Part shown: positions 12,607-25,600 of the stretch, piece by piece
Layout: each line of letters begins with the position of its first letter
Numbering within the stretch: the stretch's first letter is position 1
Source: Intoshia linei
Taxonomy: Eukaryota; Animalia; Orthonectida
NCBI GenBank assembly: GCA_001642005.1
Contig: LWCA01000044.1
Location: forward strand, 3,858 to 67,857
Length of the DNA stretch: 64,000 nucleotides
Reading direction: 5' to 3'
Notes under the pieces: generated by a model
The model's database searches: none
Seen by the model: the letters and a program-made list of their open reading frames with translations, nothing else
What the model was told of the DNA's origin: nothing
Program-made: the position numbers and the translations under genes

Positions 12607-14988
12607 GAAAAGAAAAATTTATCAACAAAATAAAACAATTAATCACCTAAATCAAGTAAATTTACATCAGAAATAAATTAAAAATAATAAACAAGTGTCA
12701 TAAATTGTTATTCGATATACATTTATTGAAAACACATTTCGTTTAGAGCAAAATTAAAAATTTTAATTACCAATTTAGCAGCATTACAAAAACAAAGAGA
12801 AATATATATGTTAAAGCAAAACTGAAAATAAAATGTACAATAAATTCCGGTTTAGATTGCTATAAATATATTTTTCATTTGACCGCAGTAACGCATACAT
12901 GTATCCAATATTTAGCAATAAAATCTCAAAAATGACAGCTGTCACCATCTGAAATGACGAAAAGTATTGTAATTTTTTTTAAAGCAAAAATGCTTAGTGT
13001 TTTGCCACAAATAAATAAATAATATTTTAAAATTAGCCTCAAGTAGCGTAAAATGATTTTAAAAACTTTTTAATTTTGACATTTCAACAATAGATATTAA
13101 AAATGTTTCATGTAATATTGCTGTACAGTGTACATAAATGTATAAATTGCAAGTTTTTTTTATTTTTCAAAATAAGTTAACTTGATGACTTTATTATGAT
13201 AACTTTACATAGAACAAAAATAAAAAGCAGCATCTTGTTTTTCATATTTTAAATAAATCAGAATTAATAACACCTCCTCTAAAGCAACAAAGTATTATAA
13301 CTATCAACAAAATATGATAATCAATTAACAATCAATATAAAATACTTAATAATGTTATGTATATAAGTTTAATGCCTCAGATCTAGAAATTTTTGTGGTA
13401 AGGTCTAGTACAATTTTTTGAAATATAACTTACATTCTTTGTTTTATAAAAAATAATGTAGACCTACGATATCACGATAATTTTAGTTCATACACTAATA
13501 GCTTAAATAAAAATCACTGCCATCAAACAAAATTGAAATAAATACAAATTTTCACTGCTTGATTTCAAGTAGATATAGCAAAACATATTATATGTTGATA
13601 TAATGATAGCATAGAAATACGAACATAATTTTTTTCTATTAATATTTTAGTATCAATTTTTTAAAATTAAATGATATAATAATCTGAGATCTCGCACCCT
13701 AGATGAGAGTATTCCCTCTGTGAATCCATCATGTATAATTTAAATTAGTGATTTTTATTGGTTAATAGTGATTACAGGTTTAAGACTAAATTCAAGGCAT
13801 AAAAGTGTATAATTGAAAAAATTTGTTATTTGAAATTTTAATTTGTAAAAATTTTAATGAAAAAGTTATTATAAATTATTTCTGCTGTAAATCGAAAAAT
13901 CATTTTTGAAAGCTACACATTAAATGTCACCTAAAAAAAATTATATAACTGTACTATACAACTGTACAACAATCTAACTAACTAAAAGTATTTATATTTT
14001 TCAAATAAATAATATTTTTTTCTAATAATGAAGATGTTTTTTTAGAATATACCGTTATTTATTTGATTTTGCTGGAAAATAAAAATGTTTGATTTTACTG
14101 GAGCAGGGTAGTTATTGTAATCCATATAGACCTTGGAGATCATGGTTCACAAACTGATACCAAGTAATTATCGGAAAATTCTACAGAATGACTCTAGAGA
14201 TTATTTCCTGAGAAAAAAATGCGCATGTGTCTATTTCTGAAATTGACATTTTCACTGTCAAAAAAACATTATTATTATCATTTTAATAATTACCAGTATT
14301 GTGCAAATTTTTGCATTAAAAAATAAAATTATTGAGATTAAAATTTTTTTAGAAATTCCAAAAATCTTTAATCTTCTAAAAATCAATATCTAAATCTGCA
14401 ATATAAATTGTAGTAGTCAAACGAGGTAACTTGCCAGTTTCTAGATGTTATTGTCATTTTAAATTGACTGATTAAAAAATTCATAGGGGTATTGCCAATG
14501 GTCTACAGTATTGGTTCAGATTGGGGTTTTGGGGCAAAACTATATGCCTTGGAGTCCGTGAGATTGAAATATAATATAAACTGATATTAAAATTATTTTT
14601 AATTGTAATCGTATATCCTGTATTTTTTCGTTAACAAATACAAAAATATAATGTAAATGTTAATGTAAATAATAATCAAACCAAAATAACCACTTTCATT
14701 ACAATCAGTAACATCAATTAAATAATTATATTTTTACGATTTATTTGTTCAAAAAAAATTTTTTTCATAGTTTGTACCGCAACAAACATTTTATTGTGAT
14801 GTAGGACGAGGCTTAAAATGTCTGAAAAAAAAACAATTTTTTTAAAAATTTTTAAGTTTGGGTAGGGGAATATGTGAGAAAATTTGTAAAAAGGGGCAAT
14901 TGGGGCAAAAAAATTATTTTCGTTTAATTGTGTTTAATAGTTTCATGTCCATTATTATGGAAATATCGATTCATGAACAAGTAAAAAG

Positions 14989-15748
14989 TAGTGATTGTGA
15001 TTTCCCGAAAAATTAAAAATCAAATTTCCCAGGAAAAATAAAAATTATATTTTTATAGAATATATAAAATATGTAGAAGCATTTTAGAGACCTTAATTAA
15101 TTTTAGAAACAAAAAGAAATTTAATAAATGGAATAACATGAATCTAGATTGAAATTTACAAATTTAATTAGAAAAAAATTTTATTTATTTTAGATGATTT
15201 TGAAAAAGTATTTCAAAACACACATAATATTGATAGATTCGTGTTTTAAACGCGTTCTACGTTTTTTAACGAAATTAGAAGCAGTAGAGAAATTTTTTTC
15301 ATTTTGTGTTGACGTAGGTTGAACGGACATAAGGGCTTCCTTTAATTTTAACAATCTTGATGATAGCGTTCCACTTTTTAACAACTCATAATATTTTTCA
15401 AAATAATAATGGAAAAAGAAGATAATCCCCTTAAGCTTTAGTAATTTGTGGTTGGAATAAAGTTTTTAAAAAAGTACTGGAAAAAGGATATTTTTCCATT
15501 AAGGACTGATAAATTGGATTTTATATTTGTGGTTTGATAAAATGGATTTTTTTCATAACATTTTGTAAAATCGGATTTTTGAAAAAAATATCGGTGTAAG
15601 ACAATTTTTCCATGAGGGCTTAAAATGGTAAATTTTAAATATTATAATATAATCATATTTTCATAGTAATAACAAACATAAATCAAATACAGGTATGTCT
15701 CAATTTTTTTCGAGAAATCCCGGGAATTTTGTCCCGGCACAATCGCTA
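14989..15748 (-). mobile_element. Internally deleted hAT element retaining the C-terminal dimerisation domain fragment
   Basis: ORF 15190-15384 contains SVQPTSTQNEKNFSTASNFVKKRRTRL (hAT dimerisation-like). Ends are TAGTGATTGTG and CACAATCGCTA. The 8-bp flanks GTAAAAAG and CCAAAAAG match at 6/8. Confidence 0.75.
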
Positions 15749-17356
15749 CCAAAAAGTAAAATTTTTAACTTTAAAATATGATTAGCGACTGTAATATGGA
15801 TGATTTACAGATAAGATAAAATTACGACATATTGTACAATAATTTAAATTTTGGTCATAAATGATGTAATGATTAATTAGAGCAATTTAAAAAAAATTCG
15901 AAAAAGGAGAGGAATTGTAAAAAAAAATTGAGACCATTAATCTATAGTATAATATTCTTGACAGGTCCATGAAAAATGTTATAGTTAACATGTAAATAAT
16001 TTAAGGAAATAAAAAAAGTGAAGATAAAACTTTTTTCATTTGTCAAGATATTAGTTTCTGATAGTGACATTTACGACAACGATAATTAATTTCAAACGAA
16101 TTAATGTCCCAGAATATATATTTTTTTAATTTTAGGGCTGATTTTATTTTCAATAAAGGTGAAAGTGGGTTTTGTCCCTGAAAGACTCAATTCGTAAAAT
16201 GACATTTGCGATACTGCATCACTTTTGAAAGCCTATATTAGCAATTGGGTTTTTTAAATCTTGGAGTGTTAATTTTTTAAATAAACGGCAACACACACAT
16301 ATTACATTCAAGCGAATGTAATGTATATCAATTTTTTTGGTGTTCACAGGTTTTTTCAATGCGGTCGTATGGATCCACAGCTAAAAAGAGTTGAGAATGT
16401 CTGGTCTACAGAACAAAACATAATCTGAAAAGTTGATTCCTTGTTTACAATTAATTATCCATATTTATCAAAAAAGCCAAAACAGGAATTAACTTATTAT
16501 GATCAGTTATTACAACCTCCATATAATCTGAACCACAAAAATTTCAAATGGGTCAAAAAAAATTTGGAAGCCACAAAGCCTTAAAATATCATCATAAAAA
16601 AGATTACAAATATTAAAAAAAACAACGTATGAAATACATTGGACATAATAAATAATTATTTAAATTGACATCACTACATAAAATAAAGTTTATTATGGTA
16701 TTCAAATTGGGTAAAACAGCTATTAGAAGAACTATACCCTACCTGGAAAAAGATCCACTTTATATAAATGAAAAAATTAAAATATTAATGTTCTCGTACA
16801 TAACTAAAAAATCTCCGTTTTTAGCTAGCTTGGAGAAATGTTCTGGATTATAGTAAATTTTTAAATATAAATGTTAATAAAATTCAAAAACTTTTAGTGA
16901 TTTCATCTACTGGAAAATCCCACAAATTATGTACCAAAACTCGCAAATTCAATTTTTATTTTTTCATGACAAATCAAAAACAGCTTATATTGAAGCATTC
17001 ACAGGTGTCTTAAAATGATAAAATAATAAGAAACCTTTAGATAAAAAGTCAATAATTATGGACTGCTTCGATAAACCCAAGGATATTATACACACTAAAT
17101 TTATTGAAAATTTTGCATCTCAGTTGTCCAGTATTTTTCATATTTTTACAGGCTTTTTAGAAAAAAATTACAAAAAAATACAGAAATGTATTCTAATCCT
17201 GCAATATTTGGTTACGATTATAATAGACATTGCATTTGTGAAATTAGTGATGCTTGGCCATGTCCACGACTTACTCCTATACCTAAAATGATGCGAGGAA
17301 AAGAAATTATGAAGAGTTATATGGAAAAGTCTGCCAAATAAAATTTTACATGTATT

Positions 17357-18815
17357 TTACAAATTTTTCGAGTTTGATTGCGTGTTTTCCACTTCTTCGT
17401 CTATTCTTGGTGATGTAGTCAAATCATAATCTGGTGGAGGAATAAAAAATGCGGAATTGCAGGTAGTACAAGATGTCGGAGATGTTCTTTGCAGTGCAAG
17501 GAGGTTAGTTGATTCCACTGGAAAAGATGTATTATGAGCATCAATCGAAGAATAACAATTTTGGTTATGAACCATTTTATTTTGTTTGTGATTATTTTTG
17601 AACAATATTTTTACTTTTGGTCGTTTATCGAGCCATTTGATAAGTTGACTCGGATTACTTTGATTTGGTACAATCGGTGTATTATGTCTACTGCCAATGT
17701 AAAAATTTTGGCAAGAATTTGGGTTTTGTATAACCTGGAAAAAAGTATTCGGATTTTGTGCAACATGTTCCCTGGCTAGTGGTTTTATTATCGCCGAGTG
17801 TCGTAATTGAGGAATATGCACGTGTGTAATATTAGGATATTTCGGAAAACTAGAATTTTGTGGTAGGTAAGTTGTATTATAATTATAACTCGAATTTTCC
17901 GGGTATTGCATATTGGTGGGGTTAAAACCATTGGATGTTTTTGGATAAGATTGACGACTATTGGGTGTGCTATATGATTGTTTAAGCTTCATTAACTTTT
18001 CACTGAAATTTTTGACTATATTTTTTTTTCGACATAAAGTATTCTCTTTCGTATGATTCATATAACGGCAACAAATATACAATAATAGAAAAATGAGAAG
18101 AATAGGGCATATAATTATGCTTATAGCTGAGATTGTGTTCAATTTCCCCCACCATAAATTGGTTTTTTTCCCATTTCTAAAATATTATTAAATATATATA
18201 ACAATACAGAATTATCTTTAATTCGCCAATCCTCTACATCGCATATTTTTTTTTTCAAAAATTTTATAATAAAATTCAATATATGGTCATTTCGTAAAAT
18301 TCTCTATTATGTCAAGTCTTAAGATGGGACTCTCAAAATTGGCAAACTAGAGAGAGAATACTGCATTTCATAAATTAAATCAGTTAACCTAAAAAGATCT
18401 ACCGTCATATATACTATTAAATTACAAAAACTTACAATGGTGTCGTATACTGTTGGATATCATGAAATGAATATGAGTCGTCGTGTGCATTACACCGAAA
18501 CGTACCTAACGATTGCATATATCTACAACACAAATCTTGGGAATCGTTAAATTTGCAACAACAGTATTGGTCCCTGTCTGTTGGAGCACTAGTTGTGCAA
18601 ATGTGAGTAAAATTGGCATAAATACTTTTTGTACAACCGACGTTATCTTAAAAAATTTTAAAAAAAAACAAAATATTTTACCATTTTTATAACACATAAA
18701 CATCTGTTGCCTCGAACAAATAGCTAAAATAAATCATAAATTTCATAAAAATAACTGATAATTTACCATTCAATGAAATTACTAAAGATAAAAACACAAT
18801 GCCGCATATGTTCAT
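17357..18815 (-). CDS. Shisa/WBP1/VOPP1-like type I membrane protein (middle exons unresolved)
   Basis: Signal-peptide-like start MNICGIVFLSLVISLN, Cys-rich exons (QYCCCKFNDSQDLCCR), a TM segment ending in YICCR, and a Pro/Ser/Asn-rich tail with PPPDY. Confidence 0.6.
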
Positions 18816-21099
18816 GTTGATATTTATTTTCGCCCAAAGTGAAATTATGGAAAATACTGACAGACCAATCTGCTGTTAAAATTAGTCGACTTTAATTCTC
18901 TACTGACATTTAATTTCATTTCATAATTGTGGTTAAATTCGTTGTATTTTCCACGTAACACAATTATGTATGTATTGGATCCTGTTAGATAGCACAGTTT
19001 TTATTATTGATTAAAAGCTATAAAGCAAACATTAAGGAATCCGGAAATGCAAACTAAATTTAATTACTGATTTTAGCGAGATAATGACATAGTGCTCCAA
19101 ATTTTAATTAATTTGATATTTCTTTTATACGACGTGAATCACGTGATATAACAGAATAACATACATTTGTGATTAAAACTATGTAAATCAGTAAACAATG
19201 ATCACTTTACATTGTAATACACGAAAATTCAGCTTAATTATACTAAAGGTGTATTTTGAATGATAATGAATGTACATGCATTTATATTTAATTCCGAAAT
19301 TGATAAAACAAGTGGATACATCTAAGTTTTTACATTTTATAACATGAACTGTTTAGAACTAACGCATATTATTTTCATATCATAGCATATGATAATAATT
19401 TGCACTTTAGGGTATAACGATAGAAAAATGTCAATCACACTATCATATTTCATATTGCAATTTACAATTAAATAATTTAAAATCTCTAACTCATGTATAT
19501 GTATCCTGAATAAATATTTAACATATTCCGTAATCAAAAATTAAGGAAAATTTATTTTTATTAATTCTTAGAGGGTTTTCTAAGATTAAATTTTAAGTTG
19601 ATTTTTATGTCAATTTCGATTTATTATAATATAAATAGGTTAATTATCATTCTAAATATAAAAATATCTTCAACAACTAGGTGAAATATTATAATGTCAC
19701 TTTTTGTTTAATTTAATTTGTACATTGTATATGGGTGGGATTCCATTATTTTTTATCCATTCTTCAATATTTTTTCAAAATGTCGTTGCTATAAAGCACA
19801 ACTTTCTAAAACTGTGCGATTTCTATTAGATATATGCTGAGTAAATTGTGCTCTATTTTTTCATATTTTATACCTTTGTGTTTATGTATCTTGTCTCCAT
19901 ATATTCAAGCTAATTCCTTCTAATTGCGTTAACGAGAATTTTAAATAATAATTACAGAATTTCTAGATGTTGATTATCCCAAACCTAGACGATCGATACA
20001 TTATTATTTAAAAAATCCCAGTTTTATCCCATCATTAATATAATTTAACAAAAAGTACCATTTCTAAAAAAACCCTAAGGGAAAAATTAACTTTTACCGA
20101 TATTTTTTTGAAAAACATGATTTTACCAAATCTTAAAAATAAAATATCTTATTCCAACCATAAAATAAAACTTCAATATTACCAACGCTTTAGGAAAATA
20201 TCCTATTTTTTAATATTATTTGAAAAATCCGATTTTACGATCTTATGATCAAAAATGAAATTTTACCATCCCTCAATATTTTTATCATATTATATCATCA
20301 TACATATCATCAATTATATTTTTCCTATATTTTTTTGAAAAACACGATTTTACTAAATCCTATGATAAAAACCCTCAATTTTTTCATCAATTTTTTATAT
20401 TTCATGTTTCCATTGTTGTCCAAAAAAATAAATATTTTGAAATGGCGATCTGTACTGTATTTAAACCGGGAACAACTCCATTATTACAATGAAAAAATGG
20501 AAATATTTTTATTTTTATTCAGCTTAACCTACAGTATTGGAAAAATTATTAGAAAGAATTTATAAATTTTAATAAATTGTTCAGCATAGTATATTTAGGA
20601 CTTTAAATAAATATATAATGTAATGAAATTATCAGTGAATATCAGTTAAAAGTATAGTATATTATCAGGTTGTTTGATTTTATATAATTAATAATGAACC
20701 ATTGTTATCATCAATAATCAATAGTAAAATAAAATGTTTTGCGTATCGAAAGTTTTAGTATCATAATGATGCTAGTCGTTTTAATTTAAAATTAGACGGA
20801 ATTTTTGTACATCAGAAAAATTCACAGTTTATCAGGATTTTTTTTCGTTAACGAGGAATTTCGCTAAATAGAAATTATTCTGTAATATTTTCTTAAATAT
20901 AATAATTAATTATGGTTTTAATATCCGTGCATATCTCATTCATTTCATTTCAACGTCTATTTCATAATAATCATTTAATTTAGGGTATCTGAGTTAACAA
21001 CAGAGAGAACATTATTATTTTTGAGTCAGGTATTTTTGCTTTTCTAAAAATATAAATTTTTCCACTTTATAATTTACTAAATATTTTTGGCTTGTATTT

Positions 21100-21480
21100 A
21101 TCGCGTCAGCATTTTAATCCGTAAAGTGTCCGTATTTTAGAATGTTTGTCAGTAGAAATATTGAATTACTAGTTGATATAATGAATTTTCAGTATTTTAG
21201 GTGCCAGTTGACAAGGTGTCAGTATAAATAATTAATTGTCAGTATTTAAATTGGAAGAGCAGTAAAAAAAATAATTTTGTCAGTACTTTAAATATACTGT
21301 CAGTATTTAAATTAAAAACTGATAAATATGTTTTTGAATACTGAAAAAGTACATTTTATTACTGATATTTTAATATTTACACTGACAATTTTTATTGAAA
21401 ATACTAAAAATTTTGTATTAACATGTAATTAACAGTATTAACAGTAAAATACTACCAGTATTTTAATTAAATACTGACAA
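21100..21480. repeat. Foldback-like array of TGTCAGTA motifs, about 20-bp period, direct then inverted
   Basis: TGTCAGTA or close variants near 21146, 21216, 21237, 21278 and 21298, then TACTGA(C/T)A near 21339, 21360, 21381 and 21472. Confidence 0.7.
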
Positions 21481-22617
21481 ATAAAATACTTCCCAATAAT
21501 TTTTTACTAAAAAATGGGGGTTTTTGACATTAAAGGACTCAATTGCTGAAAATGAAATTTGTCATAAAACATCAATGTCTAAAAACCGTATTAGAAAGGG
21601 GTATTCATAAAACTCAAAGCCTATTACTTTCTTAAATAAATGGTAATAAATAAATAAATAGACATCTATAAATTATTGCGATTTATTTATAGGATACAAT
21701 GTAATTGAATATTAAATTATGCTATACATTGTAAGTCTTAAATATAAGACATTAATTTATTATTTTTGAAATCGCATGAAATTGACATTTTGGCATAAGG
21801 GTTAATTGTGGTTATTTTAAAATTTATTAAATATTTATAAAAAAGTTACTTAAACCATTTTATATCGTCGGTGAAGCAGCGTTTATATTTTTTAAATATA
21901 TCCGAGAATCAAATATATTTCAGTTTATTTACAAATTTTTAATCAAAAAAATAATTTAATGTTCGATAAGTTCGAATTTCGGACAAATAAAAATATAACC
22001 AACACATAAATGGATAAATAAATAATAAATAAAGTAATGTATATAAGATATTCAACGATTATAATAATAACATAATTATAATAATTACAATTATAACTAA
22101 ATTATTAAAAAATTATTATTTTTTAGTTTTGCTTTTTTTAGACACAATTTTGATAATAGTATTAAAAATAGAATCAGGAAATATTCAAAGGGACGATTAT
22201 CATCATCGAAATTAATCTAGGCAGTAAATATAAAATTCAAAAATAGGGTAATTTATTTCTGATTTTGATTTTATCGTAATTATTGTCATTTATCTAAAAA
22301 TTTATTTATTTTTTTTAGTAGCCTATTTATTTACTCATTCATTTCTATCTATAATAGATTTTATTGTAAAAATGTTAAAATTATAGTAAAAATGAATTTT
22401 ACAAATTACACTACGTCATCCCTTTCTGAAGAATGTATTTAAATTTAAAAAATTCAATCATAACTTGATACACTAACCTGTTATGCAAAACAATATAAAC
22501 ATAATATTTATTAGATAACTTTACTATGATATCCAAGAACAATCGATTTGTTTGCTAATTTCAACTTAACAATTATAAATTAAATGACAAAATTGACGAA
22601 ATATAACTAAAAATTGT

Positions 22618-25600
22618 ATGTATTCAATTGAAGAAGAAGAATATGATTTGTTATCAGATTCCAAGTATAGAATGTACACCAGTTACATTGATAAGGCATT
22701 AAAAAATTTTGAATATAGTAGTGAATGGGCAGATTTGATTTCCGCCATTTCTAAAATAAAAAAGGTAATTTTTTCAATTAATTTATTGAATTTGGTGTAC
22801 ATATTAATTTAATATAGAATTACTTTAAACCCCTTATTTTTTAAGGAAATTATATAAAAATTCTGTATTTTTCATGTTTATTTAATTTTACTTCATTTAA
22901 TGTTTTCATCAATTATTCTAACGTCGTACCATAAATTTTTAACTATTTGTACAAATAGATACAATTCCTGAATTGAATGCCAATTTTGAATATTCTATCA
23001 ATTTTTACTTAAAATATTGTTTTACTAATTTTTAATTTTCACTTTTTTTATAAAGTAGTTTAGCTAAAAATGTATGTCTGTTTGAGTATTTTTGTTTGTT
23101 ACTATTTATTTAAAAAATTAAGTGGAGTAGAGTTTTAAAAATACCAATTTCTAATACAGTTTTTTAAATGTGAAATTTTATTTTCAGAAATTGAGTTTTT
23201 CCGGGTCAAAACACCAAGTATCCTTATTTTAAAATCAAACACGTCCTAAAATTAAAAAAATATTTTTTTATTGAAAATCAATTTAAAAATTTGATTTTAA
23301 GTAGCCAATTTAAAGCATAAAAAAGAAAAAATTTCAAATTTGCCATTATTTTAATTAAACATTAGTTTAAATAAAATCCCGTTGACGGGAATTAGAATGT
23401 TCACTAGGTGAGGGTTGTATTGGATGACATTTTGAGAAAAATATATTTTGAACATTAATAAATTGATTACATCTATTAAATTATGATACTTGAATGGCTA
23501 AGTTACTTTTTTTATTTAAAAAAAAAATGATGCAATAATTGTATTTTGTGATGAAAATGAAAATTATTTTTTTCGAAAATAATATTTAAAAAGACTAATT
23601 ATAAATGAAATAGATTATCGCATCATATGGTCAATATTCTGAAAGTATTCCAAAGTTGTCTATTATAGCAAAAAGATTAGGCCAATGTTTGCATCCAGGT
23701 CTACCTAGTGGTGTGCACCTGAAATGTTTGGAAACTTATGAACTAATTTTTTCTCAAATAAAGCCAGAAATTTTGTCTGAAAATTTATTTATTTTTGCTT
23801 CTGGATTATTCCCAGTAATGTCATATGCAGCACTAAATGTAAAAAGTTATTTATTGGGTATTTATGAAAGATATTTTCTTAATTTGCAGAAATCATTACA
23901 ACAAGCATTCCCAGGATTGTTGGTAGGATTATTGGGAGGATTGGAAGAAGGTTCTCAACATAATAAAAGAGTATTGGAATTAATTGAAAAATTTTGTAAT
24001 TGTGTTGGAAAGAGATTTTTTTATGATAAACTCTGGTTGTGTGTTTCAAACAATGCATCTATTCGCTATAATGCCCTTCTATACGTTTTGGCGCATTACA
24101 ATCGGCGATTGTCGATGGATGATCAAATTGATATTATGGGTTATTATATGCATAATTTTGTTTCTTCCATTTGTTATTGTTTTAGTGATTCAAATATACT
24201 GGCTCAACGAAATGCTATTGAATTTGTGATGAATGCAATACCAATCCATTCTCATATATTACTTCATTCTGATATGACTAAACTTATGGCGTCAGCTATT
24301 AAAATTCTCTTGCGAAGAGATATTTCCCTCAACAGACGAATTTTTTCCTGGTTTCTAGCAAATAGTAGATCTGAAAAAACTTCGGATCAAACAAACTATT
24401 TTGTTCACAATAGTCGTGATATGTTGGTTGATGCTTTAACAGAACACATGCATTCTTGTTATACTTTATTTGATTTAATATACGAACGAAATTTGGGTGT
24501 AGATGAATTTAAAAAAATTGAAAATCAAAATGATTTTAATAATTCTATTTTAAAATGTGTTCAACTTGATCCAAAAATGATTGATAAAACTTTGGTAGCT
24601 TTTAGAATTTTGTCAGTTCTCATTAATAATACCATTATTAAAGATAATATTATGCATTTTATGTTTTTACGACTTTTAGAATTTACATTTGATTGGGTTT
24701 ATTTGAATTCTTTATTTCATATTGATTCTCGTTGTTTAACTTTTAACAAATTATATTACAAACACAAGTACATATCAGTAGAAACTACCCATAGCGGTGA
24801 TTGGAATTCTTCTAACGATAGTTTAGAGTTGAATTATAAAGAAAACATTTTAAGTGAACATTACAAGAATGGGCGGAAATATATATCATTCAACAAAAAT
24901 TTTCAGGAATTGATTGATGAGGATGGTAGATTGAAAAGTAATTTAAATATGACTCTTGTCTGTTTATATTGTGATGTGTGGTCAATAGATGAATATAAAT
25001 ATGAATTTGAGAGGAAGGATCTTAATGGCCTTATTAGAACAAAAAAATATAAAACATTTGATGAATTCTTGATAAAATCAAATGATGTTTCAAAAGTTTT
25101 AATCAACAATTTTAAATTAATTCTAACAAGTGTACAACCAAAATCCATGATTGATATCTTAATTAATCGATTTAATATTATCATGGAAGGTTTAAATAGT
25201 TGTATAGTAAGTGATGATGAAATGTCTTTTACAAGTTCAAATACTATAAATTCATTCTCTGTCCAACATTGTGATGATAAAGAATTGGTCAGTTATTTGC
25301 AATTAAATAGATATTGCAATGCAATTCGTTTTTTGATTAGAATGGTCATCCAAGAAAATGAGTCAAATATTTCAGACAATTTATTATGTTATTATATGAA
25401 ACATACATTGGTTATGGCTAATAAATGTATAGATAAACTTGTGGTCACTAATATTGTCAACTTGAATTTTTTGTGGATTGCAATATTGCAAAAGATTGAT
25501 TGTAAAATGGATGATTGTAATATAACATCATCTTCAAGTCTCATGCAATTTAGAAACTTGTATATAAAATTTGCTAGAAATGTATTGTCAAGTATTTTAA

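Noticed and set aside
16460-17291. Possible decayed MULE-like transposase (…FFHDKSKTAYIEAF…IIMD…); a similar hint lies at 19800-20030
   Set aside because: The similarity is too weak and fragmented to support without a profile search.
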